Source: Lepidodermella squamata (Eukaryota > Animalia > Gastrotricha). From it: a stretch of 13,320 nt of DNA. Location of the stretch: assembly GCA_047495785.1 (NCBI GenBank), contig JBLDXI010000101.1:1-13320 (forward strand). The letters run 5' to 3'. Of the stretch, positions 1 to 10,526 are shown one piece after another. Each line of letters starts with the position of its first letter. Position 1 is the stretch's first letter. The notes beneath the pieces are model-generated. The model saw only the letters and a list, made by a program, of their open reading frames with translations, had not been told where the DNA came from and did not search any database. Both the position numbers and the translations under genes were made by a program.

Positions 1-659
1 CAAATTAGAATATCATCAATTAAAATGCTTGTCCATTGATAAGTAAATGATTTGCCAAGAACCGGGCAGCTGATTTTTTGCTTTGAAACGCAGTCATTTT
101 TATCATTCAAATTGTATCAAAATTTCCGTTCATGTGTATATAGCCAAAGGTTGAAACAAATAAATCATCAAGGTGAATTGCTCATTTCAATACAAATTAG
201 CACTAGGCATAGTAAAATCACACATTTCAGGCACATTTATTATATTATACCAAGGTAGAGAATTTACAAGGTGAGAGCGAGAGAGAAAAAATACAGATTT
301 CTTTTGCTACAATTGGCAGTGGATATGTTTTGTAGTTGTCATCTTCCTGTGTCGAATAAAATATTAGTTATTTTTATATCATATCACAGACTGGTAATGC
401 AAAAAGAAGTTGACCTATGACAGTAAAACGATAAACAGTTTTTAACGGGTAAAATTTCAATATTTTTGCGAGGAAAAAGTCGACTTGTTGCATTGTTGCC
501 GGGCAGTTTCTTTTTAGAAGCCTAATGACCTAGTTACGGACAATGTCCGAAATTTGGAAAATCTATTGTTCGACTAATTTTCCGATGATGTCCGAAATTG
601 GGACAAATTTAGAAATTTCGGCCTAGTTTTGGACATTTTCAATTTTCGCCAGGGGTAAC

Positions 660-1192
660 TTAGAACTTGATGATGCAGTAGTTTTCGAGGCCTGATAGAA
701 CCAAGTAGGTGATCCACAGGAGGAAGTAGAAGGAGGCAGAAAGGTAGCGGATGACGGGCGGGCCGCCGAGCTCGCCGCCGACCGGCTTCAACCGGCGCAG
801 CAGCAGCACGAGAATGGCGAGCGCCGCCATTGAGCAGAACGTCGTGACGGAGAAGGCGAGCGAGCCGGGCTCGACGACGAACTTGGTGCCCTGCGACGCG
901 TGGTAGACGGCGGCGACGAGCCACGCGATGCCGATGCCCAGGAACACGTTGACGGCGTTCGAGCCGGTGATGTTGCCGATGGACGCGTCCGCGTACTGGT
1001 CCTTGACGGCGGCGACTTTGGACGCGAACGTGTCCGGCAGCGACGTGCCCAGCGCGACGAAGCTGATCGACGTCAGCGAGTCCTTGAGGCCGATTGTACA
1101 GCCGAGGTGCGAGGCGAGGTCACCGATGACGGCCGTCAGCGCGCCGATCATCGCCAACGAGAACACAAAGCTCACCCAGCCATGGCAATAAT
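660..1192 (-). CDS. NCX: NCX last coding exon: C-terminal TM segments with the alpha-2 repeat
   Basis: tttttcag|AT TAT TGC...; contains [31 protein letters not shown] and GGELGGP; ends [12 protein letters not shown]. Confidence 0.96.
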
Positions 1193-4100
1193 CTGAAAAA
1201 AAAACAGAAAAAAAATTTATAAAATATTTTCAAATTTTCAAATTTCCGAAATTGTTGTTGCCAAGAGAGTTCCGCATCGATTTTCCGCGATTTCAACGAA
1301 GAAATAAAATTTTTAGAAGAAAACCCGAAAAAACCCGATTGGTGTGAAATTTCGGTAATTTTCGGTATTTTAACAGGTTAGAGCAAATTTCTCCGAATTT
1401 TCAGGCTCTTTGAATCTCAATGACTAAAATCTACCCAAATTGAGAAACTTTAGTAAAGCTTCAACCAGCTGAATTTTTCCCGACTTTTCGAAGAATTTTT
1501 CGAAAATAAAGCCTTTTCATATTCATTCGAATCCTCAACATCTAAACTATTAAAAGGTTTGAAGACTTTTTAACATCGTTTGTCTATTTCTTAAGGGAGA
1601 CTATGGACTTGAAAAACCAGAAAATCTGAAAAAATTCTTACCGGTGGGTGGGACGAAAGCGAACAAGACCTTCCAGAAAATGGTGATGTAATGCATGACG
1701 TAGTCGCTCCAGCTGGGCACTTTCGGCGGCTTATCAGCCCCGGCCTCATCTTCGTCATCATCATCATCGTCATCAGCGCTAACGGTTATCGCATCGATGA
1801 ACTGTTCGCGCCAGCTCGAAGTCGAAACTTGATTCGCGACATTTGTCGCATTTGCAATTTTGTCAATGGTTTTCTAAAACAAATTCAAATTTTCAAAATT
1901 TCAATTTTTAATTAAAAAAATAAGAACTTACGCGGAATTCATCGCTCTCATGAATTGAAACTTTGACTAGCTTGATCTCGCCCAACTTTGGCCTGCCGAG
2001 ATTCGCGACCTCACGCTCCTGTTCAGATAGCCGAGTTTCATCGGCAGTTGGTTCTAAAAAAAAACCCAAAAAACCCCAATTATTCCACGTTCAGTTGATT
2101 GTACAAATCACAGATCGTTATAAAAGCATTTAGAACCCGAGAGCAGCGATGAATGGGAAAGTAGAGGCCGGAAAGGAGCACCCCAGTTCACACTTTCAAC
2201 AAAATACCCTGTTAGTTGTTAAGCCACTCCGCGGGAAAAATTTCCATCCTCCGAAAAAAGTCCGATAGATTGAGAAAGATTGCACGATATTTTTCATCAT
2301 CAAGTGACAACAATTATTTTCATGTTTTTTTTCGAAAAAAATGAGTTAATAATATAGCCAACCTATGCACATTCCAAACACTTTCTGGCGGGCATATTCT
2401 TGGGCGATATGTTTAGGCGCTGTGGATGAAGTCAAGGGATAATCTTTTACGTTATCATATGTTTCAATTTCATCATCAATAGTATCAACATGAGCTTTAA
2501 CGATGAAAGAAAAAACAAGAGAAAAAACACAAAATAATTATAAATTTTTTCGAGTTCAAAGTGAGTAGAGAATAAAGCAAGTTGAAAGACTGGTAAGAAA
2601 AACCGAGAGAAATTAAATTTTTTCGTAATTAATGGGATCAAAGCTAAAAAAACTCATGTTAATTCATATTTTTTTCTCATCAAATTCGAAGATATAAAAT
2701 AATGATGTTTTTTTTCTTGGAAAAGCGAACGCCACGCGCTAATGGTTTCGGGTGTTTACAACATATCTTAGCGTTCTTACCCGGTGGTTGAACACCCCCA
2801 ATCGGTGCCACCGCTTTAATAGCTGATTGTAAGTCTACAACAAGTGCGCATTATTACATTCATATCCAAGCAACGTTGTTGAGATTTTCGCAACTTAAAA
2901 TTGAATGAAAAATTAATATATTACGGCGACTTACCCAGGTACCAAGTTGGTTCGCCGAGTTCAATGAAGAATGTCTCAGCTTTTTCATATTTAGACTCGT
3001 TAACAATTGGAATTCGAATTTCTTGCCTGAAAAAAATTGAATATAAATTTTTTTCAATAGAATTTTGAAATGTTCTTACTCAGTTTGGTTATCGTCGAAA
3101 ACAAGTTTGCCCTCGTCGATGACCTGGTAAGCCATACCCGGCACGGCGGTACCGGGCCGCGTTGCGTACGGAATAGTGACGGCACCTCGGGCGCCCGATT
3201 TACGCGTGACCTTGACCGCGGCGAGGCCAGCATCTTCCGATACCGTAATTTCAGACTGTTCAAACGTGAACACGCCGCCGTGGTCATCGTCCAAAATCAT
3301 AACGGTAGCTTGGCAGACCCCGAGAGCCACCTTAACCTATAAAGAAATAATAAAAAAAAACAATTAAATTTGGAAAATATTATAGAAAATTGTAGAACTT
3401 CAATCTTTTTAAATTTAATTTCGATGAAAAATTGAAATTCGATGAAATAAAAATTGAAAATTTGAGGTCAACAAATTAAAATGTCATGAAATGAAAAATT
3501 GAAAAAATCGAAATTTTTAAAAAATTGTAAAAATTTATGAAATTTGAATCCATTTTATTTTGAATTTTAAATGTGAAGTTCTTGAAAAAACTTGAAAAAA
3601 CTAACCATGTCTTTGTACTTATCAGCGACCCTGATATTGGTCAATCGAACGTAGAAGTGTTCGTCCTCTTCGAAAACGTCATCATCAATGACTTCAATGT
3701 TGAACTGTTTATGCCTTTCGCCCGGGTAGAAAGTGAGCGTCGCTTTGGTCGCCGTGTAGTCTTTACCAGCCTCAGCCGATCCGTCGACCGTTTCATAGTC
3801 GACCATGACAATGTTGTCCAAATCGGGGCCGTCACGCGTGACCGTGACGGCGAACGAGCCGACGCTTTCCATAACAGCGTAAAAATCCGGCTCGAAAAAC
3901 ACGCGTTGAACATCGTCCTTAACGGCGAGAATCTGCGAAGCTTTAGCTGCTTCCTATAAATAGCCGGAAAAAAATCGAGGAAAAAACAATAAATTTCAGT
4001 TTTATCGATATACATCACGTCAAAAGTTGAGCATGCGTTTCTACCGATTCTTTTTTGTCACCATCGTATAATTAAAGGGTCACCTTAAAACGAACGCAAA

Positions 4101-6921
4101 CCAAGTTTTTTTTGTTCAATGAAAAAAACCGAAATTTCAGTTGACTACCAACTACTTGAAAGCGGCGTTTCACAAAACTGACAGTGAAAAAAGGCGCGGA
4201 AAAAAATGATAGGATTAGGGAGGCGAACGAAAACTGAATAGACTTTCAAAGTATAGACTGACTTGATTTTTTTTAACGCAAAGCGGCGCTGATAAATCGG
4301 TCGAATACAACTCGAAAGCAAGCTGATATATTGGATTTTCTACCCAATCAAATAAAGACTACAAGCGGGAAATTACTCGTTGGAATTGAGTGGAATTAGA
4401 CAGGTTAAGTGTGAAAGCGACTAAATTCCGATCCAAAATGGGCCGGAAATATGATATCTAAGAAGCATGTATTCAGCAGGGGAAAAAATCGTGCCGAAAT
4501 TCGGTTTCACTCGAAATTTTCCCAAATAAACAGGTGCAGTATAGTTGAAGTAAGTCGACGATGTGCATTTTCGTGTTTAACAGGTAAATTCAGTTTTGTG
4601 ATATTAATTTGTTTTAAATTATCACAAGAAATGTTGTGTGTTTTTTTTAAATTAATTGATATATAATATTATGTTATACATCACGTGTGAGAGATTATGT
4701 AAACAAGCTTACATTTCCATCCGGCTGTGGTTTGGTGAAAAGTATTAAAAATGAACAAATACATAGGTAAAATAAGTTATTAAATTAAAAATATCGGCTA
4801 AAATTAAAAAATCATCATCGCAGTAATTCGTAGATTTTCTTTACTACTTATTAATCTACAAATTACGACTAAAATTTCAAAAAATCTGACGGGAACACAT
4901 TTGGGAAAAAAATTAGTTTTCATTATTTTAGGATTTTGGAAAAAAAATTATCTTAATTTTTTATTTTCAAGCCGCAACTTACCGCTTCGTGCATGAGCCG
5001 CTCGTGGACCTTTTCACGCTTGATAATCGCGCCCGAACCAACCATGCGGCGCGTGGCCTGCATGCGGTAGAAGCCGCGGCTTTTCGGCAGCCGCTTCACG
5101 AGTTCAACTTCGGCCATTTCTTGCAACTCGAGGGCCGATTTGTCCGGGTAACGTGTTCGAAGCTCTCGCAAAATGCGAATAAGCTCCTGTTGTTGCTGAT
5201 CCAAATTCTGATAAAAAATAAGAACACGAATTAAAATCGAAAAATTAATCGAAAAATCGCTAAAAAAGAATAATAAATTTTAAACATAAAAATGCAAGCG
5301 AGGAAGCTGTTAATCAGGATTAAGGTGGGGTAGTCATTAGTTGTTTTTACCTTCGTCCAGATTGGGTGAATAAAAAATTAACCGAAACCAGTTTTAAAGG
5401 TGGCCCAACTATGACCCTTATCCGCTATTTTTTTATTCGTTAGTGGATTTTATATACTATTTTTTTTCAGACCTCGGCCGATTGCGGATTGAAAAGTTGA
5501 TAGAAAGTTCGAGCATTCATTCGAGACTTCATAAATATAGCAAGAAAATATTCTCAACAACTTGCGAGTGTGAGTATCAAATAAAAAAAAATGTGCTTCA
5601 AAAAATCAACGAGTGCAAGGTGTTTCAAATAAAACCCGTGAAAAATGGTTTTACTCCACTCCTGAATATTTTTTTTCCCAACTTCTTCGCCTTCCTGGTT
5701 CGTAAAATCGTTCCAGCGTTCGAAAATGTCGGCAATTCTACTGCCGCGTCTTGTAGAATGCTGCAGCAACGTCACAATAAGCGAGCTACCTTGCAGGTGC
5801 GGATGTCTTTTCACATGCTTGAAAAAATCAAATCAACGGACAAGAACACAAAAATAATCAAACAAAATATAAGCGTGGCGGGATGATATTTCAAAATAAT
5901 AGCAAAATTAAACGCTCTAAAAACGATCTAGAAAATGATTTTTTTTCGTTTGAGATTACTCTTATAACTTCTTCGATTTCAGGCGAGTCGATGTGTCTAA
6001 TATCTTCGAGATCATGAGGATGCTTCGCCTTTTTGCAAGGTTAATGACAATTGGTTAAAGAAATCACGGCAAAACGCAAACAGGGGTCACTCTAAAATCG
6101 TCCGATGATTCATCAATAAATTCCCCCTCCCAATAAATTTAGCGCAAGCGATGAGAGCGAGCTGAAAAAAATCACCCCATCACAGGAAAAATGGAATAAA
6201 TGGCGCTAGAAAATTCGGAAAACAATGAATCATCAGGCGATTTTTCTGCATTTTGAGGCGGATTTTTTCTCTGAAAACTTACGGCTAAATCTTCATCAGT
6301 CATACGAGCCAGCATGCTTTGATCAGCAGCCGTGGCGCCACTTTGAGCGGTTAGCTCCGTTCCAGCGGCCTCGCCACCCTCCAACATGTGCATCTCAGCC
6401 CCGTCGGATTTCGACGGGCCGCCCTCCGCGTCGACGTACGTCAGCTGTTTACCACCCGGGCCTCGCACCTTTTTGCGGAAAAATCGACCGAAAAGCAGTT
6501 TCCGGTCGACAATCCACGACGAAAGAACGGTGAGTGGGAAAAACATGAAGGTTAAAACGCCCTCCCACACTTCAACCTCGCCCGGTGATGTGACTGAGAT
6601 AATGCAGTACAGCCATAGGTAGGCGAAAACGGACCACGAGGCTGTTACGAAGAAAACGCGCAAAAATTTAATGCGCTTCACCTCCCCGCCGCTGACCACC
6701 AGAATGCACAGGCCGGTGATGACGAAGAGGTTGTAAGCCGCTGAGCCGACAATGGTGCCCGGGCCAAGGTCGCCGGCGTCAAACCGGTTGCCGCAGATTT
6801 CGATAACTGAGAGAAGAATTTCTGGGGCGGATGAGCCGAGCGCCATCAGGGTCAAATTTGATACGGTTTCGTTCCAAATTTTGACGCTGATTATTTGAAC
6901 TTCGCCATTTTTCCGCTTCAC
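660..6921 (-). CDS. NCX: Na+/Ca2+ exchanger (SLC8/NCX family), 5'-partial multi-exon gene. Core exons: 6921-6283, 5207-4983, 3953-3606, 3336-3080, 3026-2935, 2053-1932, 1873-1642, 1192-660
   Basis: All introns are GT-AG with consistent phases (0,0,0,2,1,0,1). The joined exons total 2448 nt (815 aa + TAA). Motifs: alpha-1 [17 protein letters not shown]...[13 protein letters not shown]-like [27 protein letters not shown]1 [19 protein letters not shown]2, [19 protein letters not shown], alpha-2 [14 protein letters not shown]...[14 protein letters not shown]. The N-terminus is missing and the paralogue cannot be assigned. Confidence 0.93.
1642..1873 (-). CDS. NCX: NCX exon: post-CBD2 linker and acidic stretch (KTIDK...SSWREQF...[21 protein letters not shown])
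   Basis: gttttag|AAA ... ACCG|gtaaga; 232 nt, phase 0-1, after a 58-bp intron. Confidence 0.94.
1932..2053 (-). CDS. NCX: NCX exon: end of CBD2 ([41 protein letters not shown])
   Basis: ttttttag|AA ... CGC|gtaagt; 122 nt, phase 1-0; matches the NCX GRP.LGE...ES.EF motif. Confidence 0.92.
2935..3026 (-). CDS. NCX: NCX exon: CBD2 segment equivalent to vertebrate exon A/B ([30 protein letters not shown])
   Basis: ttttttcag|G ... CTGG|gtaagt; 92 nt, phase 2-1, after a 53-bp intron. This frame is not shown in the ORF track. Confidence 0.92.
3080..3336 (-). CDS. NCX: NCX exon: end of CBD1 and first half of CBD2
   Basis: ctttatag|GTT ... GA|gtaaga; 257 nt, phase 0-2; contains [16 protein letters not shown] and VTRKSGARG. 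Confidence 0.93.
3606..3953 (-). CDS. NCX: NCX exon: Calx-beta domain CBD1
   Basis: atttatag|GAA ... ATG|gttagt; 348 nt; contains [16 protein letters not shown] and [16 protein letters not shown]. Confidence 0.93.
4983..5207 (-). CDS. NCX: NCX exon: linker before CBD1 ([17 protein letters not shown]...[13 protein letters not shown]...MHEA)
   Basis: tttttatcag|AAT ... GCG|gtaagt; 225 nt, phase 0-0; resembles the NCX ILKELKQKHP/KSRAFYRIQATR segment. Confidence 0.93.
6283..6921 (-). CDS. NCX: NCX exon: TM2-TM5, alpha-1 repeat and XIP (VKRKNGEV...MTDEDLA); single copy, located in the spacer
   Basis: Acceptor tttatttgattctacag|GTGAAG and donor TTAGCC|gtaagt. 639 nt, phase 0-0, within ORF 6172..6933. 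Confidence 0.95.
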
Positions 6922-7203
6922 CTGTAGAATCAAATAAAAAAATTAACATAAAGAGAAAGCAAAATGGAGTATTTTTTAAATAATCCCACTTTCCGAAATA
7001 TTCTCCGGATCTCGAAGATATTAGACACATCGACTCGCCTGAAATCGAAGAAGTTATAAGAGTAATCTCAAACGAAAAAAAATCATTTTCTAGATCGTTT
7101 TTAGAGCGTTTAATTTTGCTATTATTTTGAAATATCATCCCGCCACGCTTATATTTTGTTTGATTATTTTTGTGTTCTTGTCCGTTGATTTGATTTTTTC
7201 AAG

Positions 7204-7338
7204 CATGTGAAAAGACATCCGCACCTGCAAGGTAGCTCGCTTATTGTGACGTTGCTGCAGCATTCTACAAGACGCGGCAGTAGAATTGCCGACATTTTCG
7301 AACGCTGGAACGATTTTACGAACCAGGAAGGCGAAGAA
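7204..7338 (+). CDS. Candidate 135-nt cassette exon ([45 protein letters not shown]); mirror 5683-5817 (-)
   Basis: gatttgattttttcaag|CAT ... GAAGAA|gttggg; phase 0-0 matches the flanking exons; GC-richer than the surrounding intron. Confidence 0.4.
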
Positions 7339-7813
7339 GTTGGGAAAAAAAATATTCAGGAGTGGAGTAAAACCATTTTTCACGGGTTTTATTTGAAACA
7401 CCTTGCACTCGTTGATTTTTTGAAGCACATTTTTTTTTATTTGATACTCACACTCGCAAGTTGTTGAGAATATTTTCTTGCTATATTTATGAAGTCTCGA
7501 ATGAATGCTCGAACTTTCTATCAACTTTTCAATCCGCAATCGGCCGAGGTCTGAAAAAAAATAGTATATAAAATCCACTAACGAATAAAAAAATAGCGGA
7601 TAAGGGTCATAGTTGGGCCACCTTTAAAACTGGTTTCGGTTAATTTTTTATTCACCCAATCTGGACGAAGGTAAAAACAACTAATGACTACCCCACCTTA
7701 ATCCTGATTAACAGCTTCCTCGCTTGCATTTTTATGTTTAAAATTTATTATTCTTTTTTAGCGATTTTTCGATTAATTTTTCGATTTTAATTCGTGTTCT
7801 TATTTTTTATCAG

Positions 7814-8038
7814 AATTTGGATCAGCAACAACAGGAGCTTATTCGCATTTTGCGAGAGCTTCGAACACGTTACCCGGACAAATCGGCCCTCGAGTTGCAA
7901 GAAATGGCCGAAGTTGAACTCGTGAAGCGGCTGCCGAAAAGCCGCGGCTTCTACCGCATGCAGGCCACGCGCCGCATGGTTGGTTCGGGCGCGATTATCA
8001 AGCGTGAAAAGGTCCACGAGCGGCTCATGCACGAAGCG
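7814..8038 (+). CDS. NCX: NCX linker exon (mirror of 4983-5207)
   Basis: AG at 7812-7813, GTAAGT at 8039. Confidence 0.85.
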
Positions 8039-8296
8039 GTAAGTTGCGGCTTGAAAATAAAAAATTAAGATAATTTTTTTTCCAAAATCCTAAAATAATG
8101 AAAACTAATTTTTTTCCCAAATGTGTTCCCGTCAGATTTTTTGAAATTTTAGTCGTAATTTGTAGATTAATAAGTAGTAAAGAAAATCTACGAATTACTG
8201 CGATGATGATTTTTTAATTTTAGCCGATATTTTTAATTTAATAACTTATTTTACCTATGTATTTGTTCATTTTTAATACTTTTCACCAAACCACAG

Positions 8297-8308
8297 CCGG
8301 ATGGAAAT
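8297..8308 (+). CDS. Candidate 12-nt microexon (PDGN); mirror 4713-4724 (-)
   Basis: ttttcaccaaaccacag|CCGGATGGAAAT|gtaagc; phase 0-0 within a phase-0 intron. Confidence 0.45.
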
Positions 8309-9067
8309 GTAAGCTTGTTTACATAATCTCTCACACGTGATGTATAACATAATATTATATATCAATTAATTTAAAAAAAACACACAACATTTCTTGTGAT
8401 AATTTAAAACAAATTAATATCACAAAACTGAATTTACCTGTTAAACACGAAAATGCACATCGTCGACTTACTTCAACTATACTGCACCTGTTTATTTGGG
8501 AAAATTTCGAGTGAAACCGAATTTCGGCACGATTTTTTCCCCTGCTGAATACATGCTTCTTAGATATCATATTTCCGGCCCATTTTGGATCGGAATTTAG
8601 TCGCTTTCACACTTAACCTGTCTAATTCCACTCAATTCCAACGAGTAATTTCCCGCTTGTAGTCTTTATTTGATTGGGTAGAAAATCCAATATATCAGCT
8701 TGCTTTCGAGTTGTATTCGACCGATTTATCAGCGCCGCTTTGCGTTAAAAAAAATCAAGTCAGTCTATACTTTGAAAGTCTATTCAGTTTTCGTTCGCCT
8801 CCCTAATCCTATCATTTTTTTCCGCGCCTTTTTTCACTGTCAGTTTTGTGAAACGCCGCTTTCAAGTAGTTGGTAGTCAACTGAAATTTCGGTTTTTTTC
8901 ATTGAACAAAAAAAACTTGGTTTGCGTTCGTTTTAAGGTGACCCTTTAATTATACGATGGTGACAAAAAAGAATCGGTAGAAACGCATGCTCAACTTTTG
9001 ACGTGATGTATATCGATAAAACTGAAATTTATTGTTTTTTCCTCGATTTTTTTCCGGCTATTTATAG

Positions 9068-9415
9068 GAAGCAGCTAAAGCTTCGCAGATTCTCGCCGTT
9101 AAGGACGATGTTCAACGCGTGTTTTTCGAGCCGGATTTTTACGCTGTTATGGAAAGCGTCGGCTCGTTCGCCGTCACGGTCACGCGTGACGGCCCCGATT
9201 TGGACAACATTGTCATGGTCGACTATGAAACGGTCGACGGATCGGCTGAGGCTGGTAAAGACTACACGGCGACCAAAGCGACGCTCACTTTCTACCCGGG
9301 CGAAAGGCATAAACAGTTCAACATTGAAGTCATTGATGATGACGTTTTCGAAGAGGACGAACACTTCTACGTTCGATTGACCAATATCAGGGTCGCTGAT
9401 AAGTACAAAGACATG
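9068..9415 (+). CDS. NCX: NCX CBD1 exon (mirror of 3606-3953)
   Basis: AG at 9066-9067, GTTAGT at 9416. Confidence 0.85.
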
Positions 9416-9684
9416 GTTAGTTTTTTCAAGTTTTTTCAAGAACTTCACATTTAAAATTCAAAATAAAATGGATTCAAATTTCATAAATTTTTACAATTTT
9501 TTAAAAATTTCGATTTTTTCAATTTTTCATTTCATGACATTTTAATTTGTTGACCTCAAATTTTCAATTTTTATTTCATCGAATTTCAATTTTTCATCGA
9601 AATTAAATTTAAAAAGATTGAAGTTCTACAATTTTCTATAATATTTTCCAAATTTAATTGTTTTTTTTTATTATTTCTTTATAG

Positions 9685-9941
9685 GTTAAGGTGGCTCTCG
9701 GGGTCTGCCAAGCTACCGTTATGATTTTGGACGATGACCACGGCGGCGTGTTCACGTTTGAACAGTCTGAAATTACGGTATCGGAAGATGCTGGCCTCGC
9801 CGCGGTCAAGGTCACGCGTAAATCGGGCGCCCGAGGTGCCGTCACTATTCCGTACGCAACGCGGCCCGGTACCGCCGTGCCGGGTATGGCTTACCAGGTC
9901 ATCGACGAGGGCAAACTTGTTTTCGACGATAACCAAACTGA
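9685..9941 (+). CDS. NCX: NCX CBD1/CBD2 exon (mirror of 3080-3336)
   Basis: AG at 9683-9684, GTAAGA at 9942. Confidence 0.85.
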
Positions 9942-9994
9942 GTAAGAACATTTCAAAATTCTATTGAAAAAAATTTATATTCAATTTTTTTCAG

Positions 9995-10086
9995 GCAAGA
10001 AATTCGAATTCCAATTGTTAACGAGTCTAAATATGAAAAAGCTGAGACATTCTTCATTGAACTCGGCGAACCAACTTGGTACCTGG
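9995..10086 (+). CDS. NCX: NCX CBD2 A/B-type exon (mirror of 2935-3026)
   Basis: TTTTCAG ending at 9994, GTAAGT at 10087. Confidence 0.85.
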
Positions 10087-10186
10087 GTAAGTCGCCGTAA
10101 TATATTAATTTTTCATTCAATTTTAAGTTGCGAAAATCTCAACAACGTTGCTTGGATATGAATGTAATAATGCGCACTTGTTGTAG

Positions 10187-10240
10187 ACTTACAATCAGCT
10201 ATTAAAGCGGTGGCACCGATTGGGGGTGTTCAACCACCGG
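10187..10240 (+). CDS. Candidate 54-nt cassette exon in the CBD2 loop ([18 protein letters not shown]); mirror 2781-2834 (-)
   Basis: cttgttgtag|AC ... CCGG|gtaaga; phase 1-1, open and frame-preserving. Confidence 0.65.
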
Positions 10241-10526
10241 GTAAGAACGCTAAGATATGTTGTAAACACCCGAAACCATTAGCGCGTGGCGTTCGCTTTT
10301 CCAAGAAAAAAAACATCATTATTTTATATCTTCGAATTTGATGAGAAAAAAATATGAATTAACATGAGTTTTTTTAGCTTTGATCCCATTAATTACGAAA
10401 AAATTTAATTTCTCTCGGTTTTTCTTACCAGTCTTTCAACTTGCTTTATTCTCTACTCACTTTGAACTCGAAAAAATTTATAATTATTTTGTGTTTTTTC
10501 TCTTGTTTTTTCTTTCATCGTTAAAG

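Larger units (their letters stand above)
1..6013. repeat. Left arm of a ~6.0-kb inverted repeat (reverse complement of 7008-13020)
   Basis: 1-20 caaattagaatatcatcaat is the reverse complement of 13001-13020. 6001-6013 tatcttcgagatc is the reverse complement of 7008-7020, and 6014(a)/7007(g) is the first mismatch. ORF pairs in the track have identical translations and mirror coordinates summing to 13021, so there is no net indel. Spot checks found no mismatch. The arm runs to the window edge. Confidence 0.98.

Noticed and set aside
52-258. 68-aa ORF (mirror 12763..12969)
   Set aside because: TTG start in AT-rich 3' flank with no coding features.
574-1196. ORFs 574..924, 900..1196, 928..1191 and their mirrors at 11825-12447
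   Set aside because: Alternate-frame or antisense shadows of the GC-rich NCX last exon, with no recognisable product.
3054-5234. Overlapping ORFs such as 3070..3342, 3573..3959, 3641..4018, 4989..5234 and their mirrors
   Set aside because: Shadow frames of NCX exons that run into low-complexity intron sequence.
5443-5886. 147-aa ORF antisense to the intron (mirror 7135..7578)
   Set aside because: GTG start, K/I/F-rich composition typical of AT-rich noncoding DNA and no motif. Its GC-richer core is better explained by the sense-strand cassette candidate.
8844-8876. Acceptor-like site (ccctaat, pyrimidine tract, cag at 8841-8843)
   Set aside because: The nearby GT donors give 22, 25 or 29 nt (frameshifting) and the frame hits TAG at 8874. 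At best a poison exon, with no support.
9416-9684. Degenerate aatttttcat/ttcatcgaa repeats in an intron
   Set aside because: Low-complexity AT-rich sequence with no regular period and no CRISPR-like repeat-spacer structure.
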